Shown: piece by piece, positions 38,313 to 46,790 of the stretch | How positions within the stretch are numbered: position 1 is the stretch's first letter | How the letters are laid out: every line of letters begins with the position of its first letter | NCBI GenBank assembly: GCA_023132155.1 | Contig: JAGLYP010000002.1 | Location: 6,598 to 70,597 of the forward strand | Origin: Candidatus Parcubacteria bacterium | Lineage (GTDB): Bacteria > Patescibacteriota > Patescibacteriia > Patescibacteriales > UBA12075 | DNA: 64,000 bases | Reading direction: 5' to 3' | Made by a program: the position numbers and the translations under genes | Notes under the pieces: model-generated | Databases searched by the model: none | What the model saw: the letters and a program-made list of their open reading frames with translations, nothing else | What the model was told of the DNA's origin: nothing

Positions 38313-38555
38313 TTAGGCCGCAATCTTCAATTTTGTTAATTTTGCGTTTAAAGCTAACTTTATATATTCAATCATCCGGCTAAATCCTGTCCGTCCGGCG
38401 CTTTCAGCAGTTTCGTCGTCCTCAAATTCTTTGACCACTTCAAAATCATTTGCTTTGGCATAATCGGCAAGCAATTTTCTTTGAGCGGGGATTGAGTATC
38501 CCTCTTGTTTTTGTTCTTTGGATGATACGCGGACGTAGATTATTGATTTTGGCAT
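38313..38555 (-). pseudogene. serine recombinase, N-terminal catalytic stub only (about 68 homologous aa)
   Basis: IIYVRVSSKEQKQEGYSIPAQ (catalytic Ser motif) and GRTGFSRMIEYI. Homology stops after about 68 aa and the ORF ends at 80 aa. No recombinase-like sequence downstream. Confidence 0.7.
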
Positions 38556-38559
38556 AAAT

Positions 38560-40419
38560 TTATAATTCCATGGTTGTCTGCTTATGCTTTTTTTCTAGTT
38601 TTTTATTAATTTTTTCTATCTTCTTTCTCTGTGTTTCAAGCATATTTTCCGTTCTTTTTGAAATTATTGTGTAATGAGATTCTGGTAATTCTTTTTTAAG
38701 AAATAAACCTTCAATATAGCGCATCCTTTCTTCAAGTTCTTGAATATTGTCTTTCGTTTCTTCATATTCTAAATCTAACGACTCTTCTTCTAGGGCGATA
38801 TCTAAAACATATGTAAATCCCCTGTATGCGGCTTTATGAATATCGGAATTACACACTTCTAATAACCTTGAAGGTACTTTTGGAATAATACCTCTGTGTA
38901 GGGCAACCCCAAAATCAAGCGAGCACAAAATTCCTGACCCTTTCCAGTTGGCTAAACTAGTTTTTCTGGATCTTGTTCTTTTTTTATCATGGATAATACC
39001 GACGGAAATTAAATTTGCTATTTCACCTGCGCTTCTAGCCGCAGTAGTAAAATATATTGTAATAGGTGTTTTTTTATCTGTATCAAGTCCGCTATTTTTA
39101 GTTTCAATACCCTTATTTCTCCGAGCAAATTTTTTTATTATTTTTTCCAATATTATGTTATCTTGATCGGTTAATGTGCTGTCGATTAATAAAGATGGTC
39201 CTTCTATAACTTGCGCTACTGCTGAAATTATATAGTTTATATCAATTTTTTTTGGAGTTTCAGTTTTTTTCTTTTCAAAATCTCTGATTAATTGTGTGTA
39301 GGCTTGTTTTAATATTTCAAGAAATCGTCTTGGCACACCTCCGGAGCAATAAGCAGCAATTGTTATTAAATTTTCATTTTCAAATACTTCGCTAATTGAT
39401 TTTTGAGTCTTTGTGTTTTTTGTCAATCTATTTTCAATTAATTGTTTAAAAAATGGCTCGTATTCATCGTTTAACTCATCTAATTCTAAATATTCCAATG
39501 TACAATCATGGCCAGGCTGAAAATTAAAATCATCCCCTCGAGTTGTTGCGGGATAATACGTGCTATGTGGAGGATAAACAGCAGCAATAAATACAATGTC
39601 AGGATTACATAAGTCCTTACCTCCACTTGCAGACCCCCTTATTTGTTTGCAGAGTCGAAAAATTTCGATTTGCATTTTTTTTGTTGATTCTGAACACTCA
39701 TCCAATAGTATGTAAATATAATTTAAGTTAAGTAATTTTTTTACAGTTTTTAGAAATGATATTAGGATATCAATTCCGTAGATATCAGATAGTTTTTGAG
39801 TCGTGTATTCTTTAATTTTTTCATCCTCAGAAACATTTTCCATTTTCGCTGTTGCAGATAGGGGCGGCATATCTATTCCAACGCCGCCTTCAGAATTAAA
39901 TTTTTTGCATACCCTTGTTATAATTTTATCTGGGTTGTCATACAAATCGCTTATGATATTATTTGCAAGTAACAATATTTTTTTTATATTTTTTTCAAGA
40001 GTAGCTTCTTCGCTTATTCCAAATAAATTTACTAATTTTTTAACCATTCCAGCTTCCGTTTCGTTTATAAATTTTTCTTTATTATCATTAATAAATTTCA
40101 TTACATATTTGATAACACTGATATATAAAAAAACTCTAAAATATTTAGGATCCTTTTTAGTTAATTGCGGCGCACTTGCGACAGTAACATATGCGGGGAT
40201 AATCCTAGTTTTGTTTAAATTATTTGATGCTTCTGTGATTATCATTTTTAATATGTGCGTTTTTCCCGTTCCTCTTATTCCTTCTAATATATAATTCCCG
40301 CCTTTTTGAGAAATCAATTTTTTAAAATCGATACATAAATCTACGTGGGTATCTGGAGAAAAACCAGAACTTTGTGCATCATGGTTAAATATTGTTGAAT
40401 CTATTTGTATTACACTCAT
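38560..40419 (-). CDS. ORC/Cdc6-like AAA+ ATPase with C-terminal coiled coil, function unknown
   Basis: Walker A GIRGTGKTH. Walker B YIYILLDECSES. Sensor-2-like GGVPRRFLEILKQA. K/E-rich coiled coil in the last 80 aa or so. Confidence 0.6.
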   Translation of the reverse strand: MSVIQIDSTIFNHDAQSSGFSPDTHVDLCIDFKKLISQKGGNYILEGIRGTGKTHILKMIITEASNNLNKTRIIPAYVTVASAPQLTKKDPKYFRVFLYISVIKYVMKFINDNKEKFINETEAGMVKKLVNLFGISEEATLEKNIKKILLLANNIISDLYDNPDKIITRVCKKFNSEGGVGIDMPPLSATAKMENVSEDEKIKEYTTQKLSDIYGIDILISFLKTVKKLLNLNYIYILLDECSESTKKMQIEIFRLCKQIRGSASGGKDLCNPDIVFIAAVYPPHSTYYPATTRGDDFNFQPGHDCTLEYLELDELNDEYEPFFKQLIENRLTKNTKTQKSISEVFENENLITIAAYCSGGVPRRFLEILKQAYTQLIRDFEKKKTETPKKIDINYIISAVAQVIEGPSLLIDSTLTDQDNIILEKIIKKFARRNKGIETKNSGLDTDKKTPITIYFTTAARSAGEIANLISVGIIHDKKRTRSRKTSLANWKGSGILCSLDFGVALHRGIIPKVPSRLLEVCNSDIHKAAYRGFTYVLDIALEEESLDLEYEETKDNIQELEERMRYIEGLFLKKELPESHYTIISKRTENMLETQRKKIEKINKKLEKKHKQTTMEL

Positions 40420-40546
40420 ATGTTTTGTTAAGTATAAAAATTATCTCCGTCTTTTTAAAATAAATTGTTAGCTAATTTTTATATTTATTAATTAATATCA
40501 ATTTTTTCCAAATTATTGCTTGCAATACATGATTTTAAATTCCTCA

Positions 40547-42106
40547 TTAATTTAATTTTGATCTAAATTTTTCAAACACCTTGCTTGTATATTGTTCCAT
40601 ATCAACAAAATTTTCTTTTTTAAGAGTTATGTCAACAAAATCTTCTATGTTGTAAGGCTTGATGTTTATCTCATTTTTTTCAGTTTTGCTTTCCACGACA
40701 GAAAAATCATAAAACTTTTTTGTGTCTTCATGAATTACCGGAGCGATAAAAGATAAATATTTTTTTGCATGATCAATAAATTCCTCGCCTGAACTTAGAT
40801 GCCTAATCACGGAAGTTGTTTCATTATTTAATTGCTGGGATTTATTTCTTATTAATGTAACTTCAATTAGCCAATACAATTTTAGAGAATAAATTTCAAT
40901 ATCACCTATATTGCCTGGCGCGTGAGAATAAGGTTTGCCTATGTGGTCGGCTTTATAATTGGGTCGTATTGCAAACTCTTTGCCGTATTTAAGCGCCACC
41001 AGTATAGTAATATAAAATTCTAATTTTAATGGTTTAGGTATTTCCTGAAATTCTTCAATGATTTCCTTTTTCGAATCAATTAAATTTATGCTTTGACAAA
41101 TTATTTTTTCATTTATTTTGTAAGTATTTATAATATTGAATACTTTGTTTGCGTATTCTTCACCGTCTATTCGATCAACTTCACGATATTTTTCTACAAT
41201 CGCCAAATATTCATCGTTGGTGCTATCTAATTTGTTAAAATATTTTTTTGCGTCTTCCTTTTCTGTTGAGTCCAATGAGAACTCAACGGATAATATTTTT
41301 TTAATGTAGTCTAATTTATTTTCATTAATTTGCATTAATTTAATTCCGTCATAACGAATTGTCACAAACCCGGAAATAATTAAAACTCGTCTTACAACAT
41401 CTGGATAATCCCTAACTATGGTTTCTGTTTTATTTGTAGCGCCATAATTTTTTCTCACAAAATTTTCTGCAGCGTTAGCGTCTTTGAATTTATTATTTTT
41501 TATAATATTTAAAAATTCCCTAACATCACCATCGCAACTGAACATGGACACAATAAATTGCTCATAGCTTAAAGATTTATTTTTTTTACGCAAAGTAAAA
41601 AGGACTTCAAGGATAAATTTGAAAAAATTATAATCATTTTTTATATTTCTATAAGGAGATTTACGATTTGATTTCATTGCCTGAATTGAAAAAGCCTCTT
41701 GTTCATCAATTTTTTCCTCAATTAGCATTTTAGCAATTTTTGAAAATTTAAATTCTTCATTATATTGCGCATAAACCATTCCTAATTCTGACATGGTTCG
41801 CATGTACGTCCAGAATCTTGAAGTGTATCCAGCAGGAAAGCCGCCGTCTGCTCTTCGCGTACTATTTACTTTAATAACTTTATTTTTAATATTAGCTACG
41901 GTCGAAGTTTCTGTAATAACTATTCCGTCACTCTTGAATTCTCCGATTAAATATAGATTGCTGACAATCTCCAGTAAACGTTTCTTGTCTAAAATTTTAC
42001 CTTCATATTTTTTTAAAGCCTTTAAAATTCCTAAATATCTTTCAGGATTTCTAACAGCAGTTTCAAAAGCCATTTGTTTATAAGTAGGTTTTCTTTTTGT
42101 CGTCAT
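40547..42106 (-). CDS. AlwI/MlyI/PleI/N.BstNBI-family type IIS restriction endonuclease-like protein
   Basis: Recalled family motifs: N-terminal RNPERYLGILKALKKYEG (cf. RSPEK...L..L..FEG of N.BstNBI) and catalytic region HAPGNIGDIEIY...LIEVTL (cf. HAAGNQPDMEII...GEVTT). Operonic with two adenine MTases. Confidence 0.7.
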   Translation of the reverse strand: MTTKRKPTYKQMAFETAVRNPERYLGILKALKKYEGKILDKKRLLEIVSNLYLIGEFKSDGIVITETSTVANIKNKVIKVNSTRRADGGFPAGYTSRFWTYMRTMSELGMVYAQYNEEFKFSKIAKMLIEEKIDEQEAFSIQAMKSNRKSPYRNIKNDYNFFKFILEVLFTLRKKNKSLSYEQFIVSMFSCDGDVREFLNIIKNNKFKDANAAENFVRKNYGATNKTETIVRDYPDVVRRVLIISGFVTIRYDGIKLMQINENKLDYIKKILSVEFSLDSTEKEDAKKYFNKLDSTNDEYLAIVEKYREVDRIDGEEYANKVFNIINTYKINEKIICQSINLIDSKKEIIEEFQEIPKPLKLEFYITILVALKYGKEFAIRPNYKADHIGKPYSHAPGNIGDIEIYSLKLYWLIEVTLIRNKSQQLNNETTSVIRHLSSGEEFIDHAKKYLSFIAPVIHEDTKKFYDFSVVESKTEKNEINIKPYNIEDFVDITLKKENFVDMEQYTSKVFEKFRSKLN

Positions 42107-42113
42107 ATGAATA

Positions 42114-43019
42114 TTAATAATTAGTAATCAAAACCTCCTTTATCTTTTTTTTCTTGTTATTATGATAGCTAATATAATTACTTATTATTTTATGTGCTTT
42201 ATATTTTTTCATCCATTTAATTAATAATTCGTTTCTATCTCCGTTATAGTGTGTTACATTTGAGAGCGCGAATTTTACCCCTTGTTTATTTAATGAATCG
42301 GCTAAATCTAATAAATCAGCTTCTGATTTTTTATCCCAAAGTTTGTTGTATTCACTTGCAGCAATTAGGTATGGCGGATCTAAGTAGATAAAATCATTCT
42401 TTGTAATTTTTTTTCTAGAGAAAAACGTCCGAAAATCTTTTGTGCTTAAATATATTTTTTTATCAAAAACAAAATCAAAATAATTATTTAAAGCGTTGAC
42501 AACATTTTTGTTAAAATCCACGTTACCAACTGGCAGATTAAATTTGCCACCTCCATTAAATCTAAGCATTCTGTTAAAACCGTAAATAAGCAAAATATAC
42601 AAAATTAACGGATTGTTTTGTTTGTTCTTGTTGACCTGTACTCTGAGTTTTTCATAGCCTTCTTTGTTGAATTTGGCAAAATAAGTTTTAACCCACTCTT
42701 TTCTTAGAGTGGCCGGAATTATATTTTTTTTATATGATCTTGATAAATTGTATTTGTAAATTATTTTTTCAACATCTCGAAAAAATTTATTAGGATTTTT
42801 AGCGCTCTTGATTAAGAAGTTATGAATGTTAACAAGATTTTTATCAATATCATTCAAATAATATTTATTTGCGTTTATATTTAAAAAAACTGTTCCTCCG
42901 CCAGTAAAAGGTTCATAAAAATTATTTATTTTATTTGGAAACAAATCAATTAGCTGTTTCATCAGCTTATATTTATCTCCGACATAAAATAAAGGTGATC
43001 TTTTTATTTTTTTATTCAT
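42114..43019 (-). CDS. D12-class (Dam-like, alpha) N6-adenine DNA methyltransferase
   Basis: FYVGDKYKL, EPFTGGGTV (motif I), FNRMLRFN..GKFNLPVG, and LDPPY (motif IV). Confidence 0.85.
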   Translation of the reverse strand: MNKKIKRSPLFYVGDKYKLMKQLIDLFPNKINNFYEPFTGGGTVFLNINANKYYLNDIDKNLVNIHNFLIKSAKNPNKFFRDVEKIIYKYNLSRSYKKNIIPATLRKEWVKTYFAKFNKEGYEKLRVQVNKNKQNNPLILYILLIYGFNRMLRFNGGGKFNLPVGNVDFNKNVVNALNNYFDFVFDKKIYLSTKDFRTFFSRKKITKNDFIYLDPPYLIAASEYNKLWDKKSEADLLDLADSLNKQGVKFALSNVTHYNGDRNELLIKWMKKYKAHKIISNYISYHNNKKKKIKEVLITNY

Positions 43020-43020
43020 G

Positions 43021-44823
43021 TTAAACCTTGGTTACAAATAAATATTCTTTATGATTGTTAAAATTTGTGTTGCCAGCGTTAAAATGTCTATATTTTTTTT
43101 CAAAAATTTTCGTTTTGCCTTTTTTTGCTAATATGTCTTTAATCTCCTGAAGTGTAATTTTATTTTTTGATGAATTACTTTTTGATTCGTAAGTATTATT
43201 ATATGAAACCACAAGATATTTTACATTAAGGTCTTGAACTAATTTATTAAATTTGTCTTTAGCTTGAACTCGACAATAATCGCTCATATTTTCAGGCTCT
43301 GGCTTTAAGGCTACTCCATATAGGCTTGGTTTATCCCATTTCGTCAAAGTTTCTAAAACATGATAAAAACGGCTGTATTGTCTTGAATTATATGGTGGGT
43401 CTATATAAACAATATCTGCGTTAATTTTTTTGGCAAGTTGATTTGTATCTTCTCTATAAATAGAAATATTTTTTACACTAATTGGATCTATTGGTCGCAT
43501 AAAGAATTTATCATCAATAAAATCCTTTTTAAAATACGCATCATAGTGTCCAACAGTATTTGCAATTTTGTCAATTGAATATAGTAATGACGAAATAAGC
43601 ATGTAATATTCCTTGGTTGTCAAATTATCTTTGTTATCTTCAATATTATTTCTAATGGTACCAATAATTTTTGATGAATTTTGACTAAAATATTTTCCGC
43701 CAAAATTTTTAGAAAAATAATTATCACTTAGATTTTCTCTTTCAATACTATTATAGTCTTTGATTATATTTTCAATTTTTTCTTTGTTCCATTCACCGTT
43801 CCCAAAAAAGGCTTGATAAATGGCATAATTGGAAAATAAAAAATCATTCAATATTATTTTTTTAAAATGTTTTGCTGCGACAGCAGAGACAACGCCTGTT
43901 CCCGCGAATACATCAACAAACGAATCACCGCTGCACTCTTTTTCAAGAATGGAAAAAATCCACTCAATTAATTTATATTTACTGCCAATATATCTACGAT
44001 TTTGTAATTGAATATAATTTTTTTTAACTGGTGGTATATAAAAATATGTTTCTTGAATTTTTTCAGCGTTTACTTCATAAGTTGGTTTTTCCGCTTCCAT
44101 TAAATCAAATAAAGTTCCTTGTACACCATCTGCTACATAGTCAACGTTTGCGCTTTGACCTTTTAATTTATTATAAAAACTATAACTACCCTTGCTGGCT
44201 GTAATTATAAAGTCTATAACAGGAATGCCCATTAAATCACTAGCGCCTGTTATTCTTTTAACAATTTTGATATCTTTTTCACTCGGATTTGGATTTCCTG
44301 AAGGATGATTATGTACTAGAATAATACACGCAGCATTTAATTCAACGGCTGGTTGAAAAATTTCTCTTGGGTGCAATAAACTCTTATCCAAAAGACCGAC
44401 ACTTATTATTTCCTTTTTAATTAAAATATTTCTGGCATTTAAATATAAGCATACCAAATACTCCTTTTTTTTGTCCCTTAAATCATAAGTTAATGATAAA
44501 ATATTTTTTGAGTTTTTTATTATTATTTCATTACTTTCTTTATCTTCATAAAATCTTTTTACTAACGAAATAGCTGAAATTATTTGCAAAGCCTTGGCTT
44601 GTCCAATACCGGAAATTTTTAGAAGATCATCAATGGAAATATTTAGAAAATTATTACCAAATTTTTTTATTATCTGCTGAGAAAGTTTTTGTACATTTTT
44701 ACCTTTTATGCCGCTTCCTAGCAGGATAGCTAATAAATCACTTTTGGAAAGCGAGTCAGGACCTTTTTGCAAAAATTTTTCCCTAGGCCTATCAACTTGT
44801 GGAATGTCTTTTATCTTTGGCAT
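43021..44823 (-). CDS. fusion protein: RadC-like JAB/MPN domain (aa 1 to about 225) plus D12-class N6-adenine DNA methyltransferase (aa about 270-600)
   Basis: RadC motifs DRPREKF, GIGQAKA and HNHPSGNPNPSEKD. MTase motifs RYIGSKYKL, DVFAGTGVV and YIDPPYNSRQY. Confidence 0.8.
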   Translation of the reverse strand: MPKIKDIPQVDRPREKFLQKGPDSLSKSDLLAILLGSGIKGKNVQKLSQQIIKKFGNNFLNISIDDLLKISGIGQAKALQIISAISLVKRFYEDKESNEIIIKNSKNILSLTYDLRDKKKEYLVCLYLNARNILIKKEIISVGLLDKSLLHPREIFQPAVELNAACIILVHNHPSGNPNPSEKDIKIVKRITGASDLMGIPVIDFIITASKGSYSFYNKLKGQSANVDYVADGVQGTLFDLMEAEKPTYEVNAEKIQETYFYIPPVKKNYIQLQNRRYIGSKYKLIEWIFSILEKECSGDSFVDVFAGTGVVSAVAAKHFKKIILNDFLFSNYAIYQAFFGNGEWNKEKIENIIKDYNSIERENLSDNYFSKNFGGKYFSQNSSKIIGTIRNNIEDNKDNLTTKEYYMLISSLLYSIDKIANTVGHYDAYFKKDFIDDKFFMRPIDPISVKNISIYREDTNQLAKKINADIVYIDPPYNSRQYSRFYHVLETLTKWDKPSLYGVALKPEPENMSDYCRVQAKDKFNKLVQDLNVKYLVVSYNNTYESKSNSSKNKITLQEIKDILAKKGKTKIFEKKYRHFNAGNTNFNNHKEYLFVTKV

Positions 44824-44826
44824 ACT

Positions 44827-44986
44827 TTATTTTATTAAATCATCTTCAATCTCAATAATATCATCCCTATTAATATCCAATGCCTCTGCAATTGAATCAA
44901 AAAATAATCCGTCATCTCTTAATTTGTTGCAGGTTTCAGACGAGCATTTAATTTGAATTGTTATTTTATCATTATTTTTATTCATA
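44827..44986 (-). pseudogene. frameshifted small HTH (XRE-like) regulator, 4 nt upstream of the RadC-MTase gene
   Basis: ATG at 44986 opens MNKNNDKITIQIKCSF then TGA. The +1 frame continues SETCNKLRDDGLFFDSIAEALDINRDDIIEIEDDLIK* (helix-turn-helix-like). One extra T near 44940 breaks the frame. Confidence 0.45.
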
Positions 44987-45121
44987 GCATTTTATTTTAT
45001 TAAATCATCAATACCAATTTCCAAGACTTTGGCAATTTTAAAATTTTATTACACTGTTGTAAGCATTATTATATCACAATTTTAATAATAGATAAACAAC
45101 TAAAAAGTTGTGTAATAAAAG

Positions 45122-45337
45122 CTAAAATTCACAAGCAACCCCATCAGAATCGTCATCCAAATTATGAACATCATAACCGACTTTTTGCATACAACAATCA
45201 TACATATCACGCGCCTTACGGCGCGTTTTAAAGTCCGCGCAATTATAATGGTCAGAGCGGCAAGAACGGGCTATGTTAATTTTTGCGGAATAAAAATGGA
45301 CAAAAAGGTTAGCATAAATTAAAAAATGTACGTACAA
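45122..45337 (-). CDS. Excalibur calcium-binding domain protein (short, possibly a fragment)
   Basis: C-terminal NCADFKTRRKARDMYDCC....DVHNLDDDSDGVACEF matches the Excalibur DxDxDGxxCE signature. Confidence 0.55.
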   Translation of the reverse strand: MYVHFLIYANLFVHFYSAKINIARSCRSDHYNCADFKTRRKARDMYDCCMQKVGYDVHNLDDDSDGVACEF

Positions 45338-45629
45338 ATGTACGTACTCCGCCCGTACATAATTTTTTATCCAGACGTAATAGCATATTAATAAGCAAAC
45401 CGGCTGTTTGCTTGCTTATCGGCAATTCCGAAATAATAGCTGATAAACGAGCGCCCTCTAAAAGAGAATTTTGATAGGCAAACCAAGTCCGAGAAGGCTC
45501 GATATGCGCTTTTACATATCACATTGCCGAAGTAATAGATGATTTTTCCAAATATGACCTTGGTAGTTTTCATTTTTTACATAAACAAGTTCCATATATA
45601 AACTTCTATGATTTTGAATTAGCAAAGAA

Positions 45630-45659
45630 AAAAGCCTTTTCGCGCGCGAAAAGGCTTTT
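45630..45659. terminator. perfect 30-bp palindrome, terminator of the 45689 gene
   Basis: AAAAGCCTTTTCGCG | CGCGAAAAGGCTTTT, flanked by A/T runs on both sides. Confidence 0.75.
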
Positions 45660-45688
45660 TGCTAATATTTTTTATAAATATCGCCTTT

Positions 45689-46354
45689 CTATTTATTATT
45701 TCCATTCCCATTCCCATTCCCCATGGAAATAATTGTCTGTTTGAATAGATTGGCAAGCTCTATTGGAATTTTTTTTATTTTTTCTTGTATCAGTTCGGAA
45801 ACCCAAAGCTCAAGCGGCCCGTCCTCTCTCAAATAAATTTGATAGAGTTTGTTGTAAATTTCCGAATTGTATTCTTGAAGTACGCAGAAAAGGATTTCTC
45901 GCAATTGATTAATTGTTTCTTCAATTTCAAAAAATTCATCTTCTTTTGCCGCGAAAATTTGATTCATATCCAATAAATCAATAATGCGCTTATCATCCAT
46001 GTCTTTTTCATTTCCATTCTGCGCGTCTAACACCTCAATTTTTTTTTCTATCTCCTCTGATTCTCTGATTAGGCAAACGGCTTTTTTGTTTAGTTTTTCT
46101 AATTTTTGACAGACTTTAGCCACTTCCGGGTGCAGTTTGCTCCAATCGCGGGTTGCAGGTTTAATTAAAAATCGTGTAATCGAAATTTCATCTTGGCCAT
46201 TAAGGGTAATTGCCAAGGTGGTGCTGGTCGTCCGCAGGTCTTTAATACTTTCTTTGGTTTTGAGTTTGACGTCAGTAAACTCAGTCAAGTCATGTCCGTT
46301 TAAGATGAGGTTAAAGATAGTGCTTGGGTTGCTTACGGAAACGTTTTGTATCAT
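45689..46354 (-). CDS. hypothetical protein with coiled-coil middle and (GN)n tail
   Basis: 221-aa ORF with GGAG upstream. The C-terminus MGNGNGNGNNK is encoded by an imperfect hexanucleotide repeat (GGGAAT-type units on the coding strand, about 45703-45726). Confidence 0.5.
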   Translation of the reverse strand: MIQNVSVSNPSTIFNLILNGHDLTEFTDVKLKTKESIKDLRTTSTTLAITLNGQDEISITRFLIKPATRDWSKLHPEVAKVCQKLEKLNKKAVCLIRESEEIEKKIEVLDAQNGNEKDMDDKRIIDLLDMNQIFAAKEDEFFEIEETINQLREILFCVLQEYNSEIYNKLYQIYLREDGPLELWVSELIQEKIKKIPIELANLFKQTIISMGNGNGNGNNK

Positions 46355-46556
46355 AGCAATTCTCCTTTTTATTTAATGGTTGTATGTTTTGGCGTGATAT
46401 AATCTTGGTTTGATATAGAAAAATAGAACACATTTTTTGATATTTATGAAATGATCGCACCCCCTTAGTTTTTTTGTTTAAATATTATTAAACTTACATT
46501 ACATTAAACTCATCTTAAAGTCAATTGGGCAGTTTTTAAATAGTATTTTAATAGTA

Positions 46557-46585
46557 TTGACATAAGCAAAGAATACGATTAATAT
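46557..46585 (+). promoter_or_regulatory. consensus-like sigma70 promoter
   Basis: TTGACA, 17 nt, TAATAT. Confidence 0.5.
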
Positions 46586-46638
46586 ATAATAATAGTACAA
46601 ATATTATTTAATTTATGCGTGAATACTAAAATATTTAT

Positions 46639-46761
46639 ATGGCAAAAAGAAGTACCGGGGTTGGGAAGAAGAAAAAAACACATTCCCACAAAACCGCAAA
46701 GCGGCTTGAAATCAAGCGAGTTATGCTTGAGGAAAAGGCTAATAAAAAAAAGTGTAAATAA
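46639..46761 (+). CDS. candidate 40-aa highly basic small protein
   Basis: MAKRSTGVGKKKKTHSHKTAKRLEIKRVMLEEKANKKKCK. It lies between a near-consensus promoter and a GC hairpin. No clear SD. A different frame from the 67-aa ORF in the track. Confidence 0.3.
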   Translation: MAKRSTGVGKKKKTHSHKTAKRLEIKRVMLEEKANKKKCK

Positions 46762-46769
46762 CGATACAA

Positions 46770-46790
46770 AACCCCGGGAACCCCGGGGTT
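46770..46790. terminator. GC hairpin shared by convergent transcripts
   Basis: AACCCCGG gaacc CCGGGGTT. Confidence 0.55.

Noticed and set aside
45338-45620. Stretch of about 280 nt with no convincing gene. It contains a 61-aa track ORF and local hairpins (AAGCAAAC cggct GTTTGCTT; TCCGAG aagg CTCGA). I considered RNase P or SRP RNA fragments.
   Set aside because: No match by eye to the universally conserved RNase P (GGAAAGUCC) or SRP (GGAA/AGCA loop) motifs, and the 61-aa product is implausible. I leave it unannotated rather than call an ncRNA.
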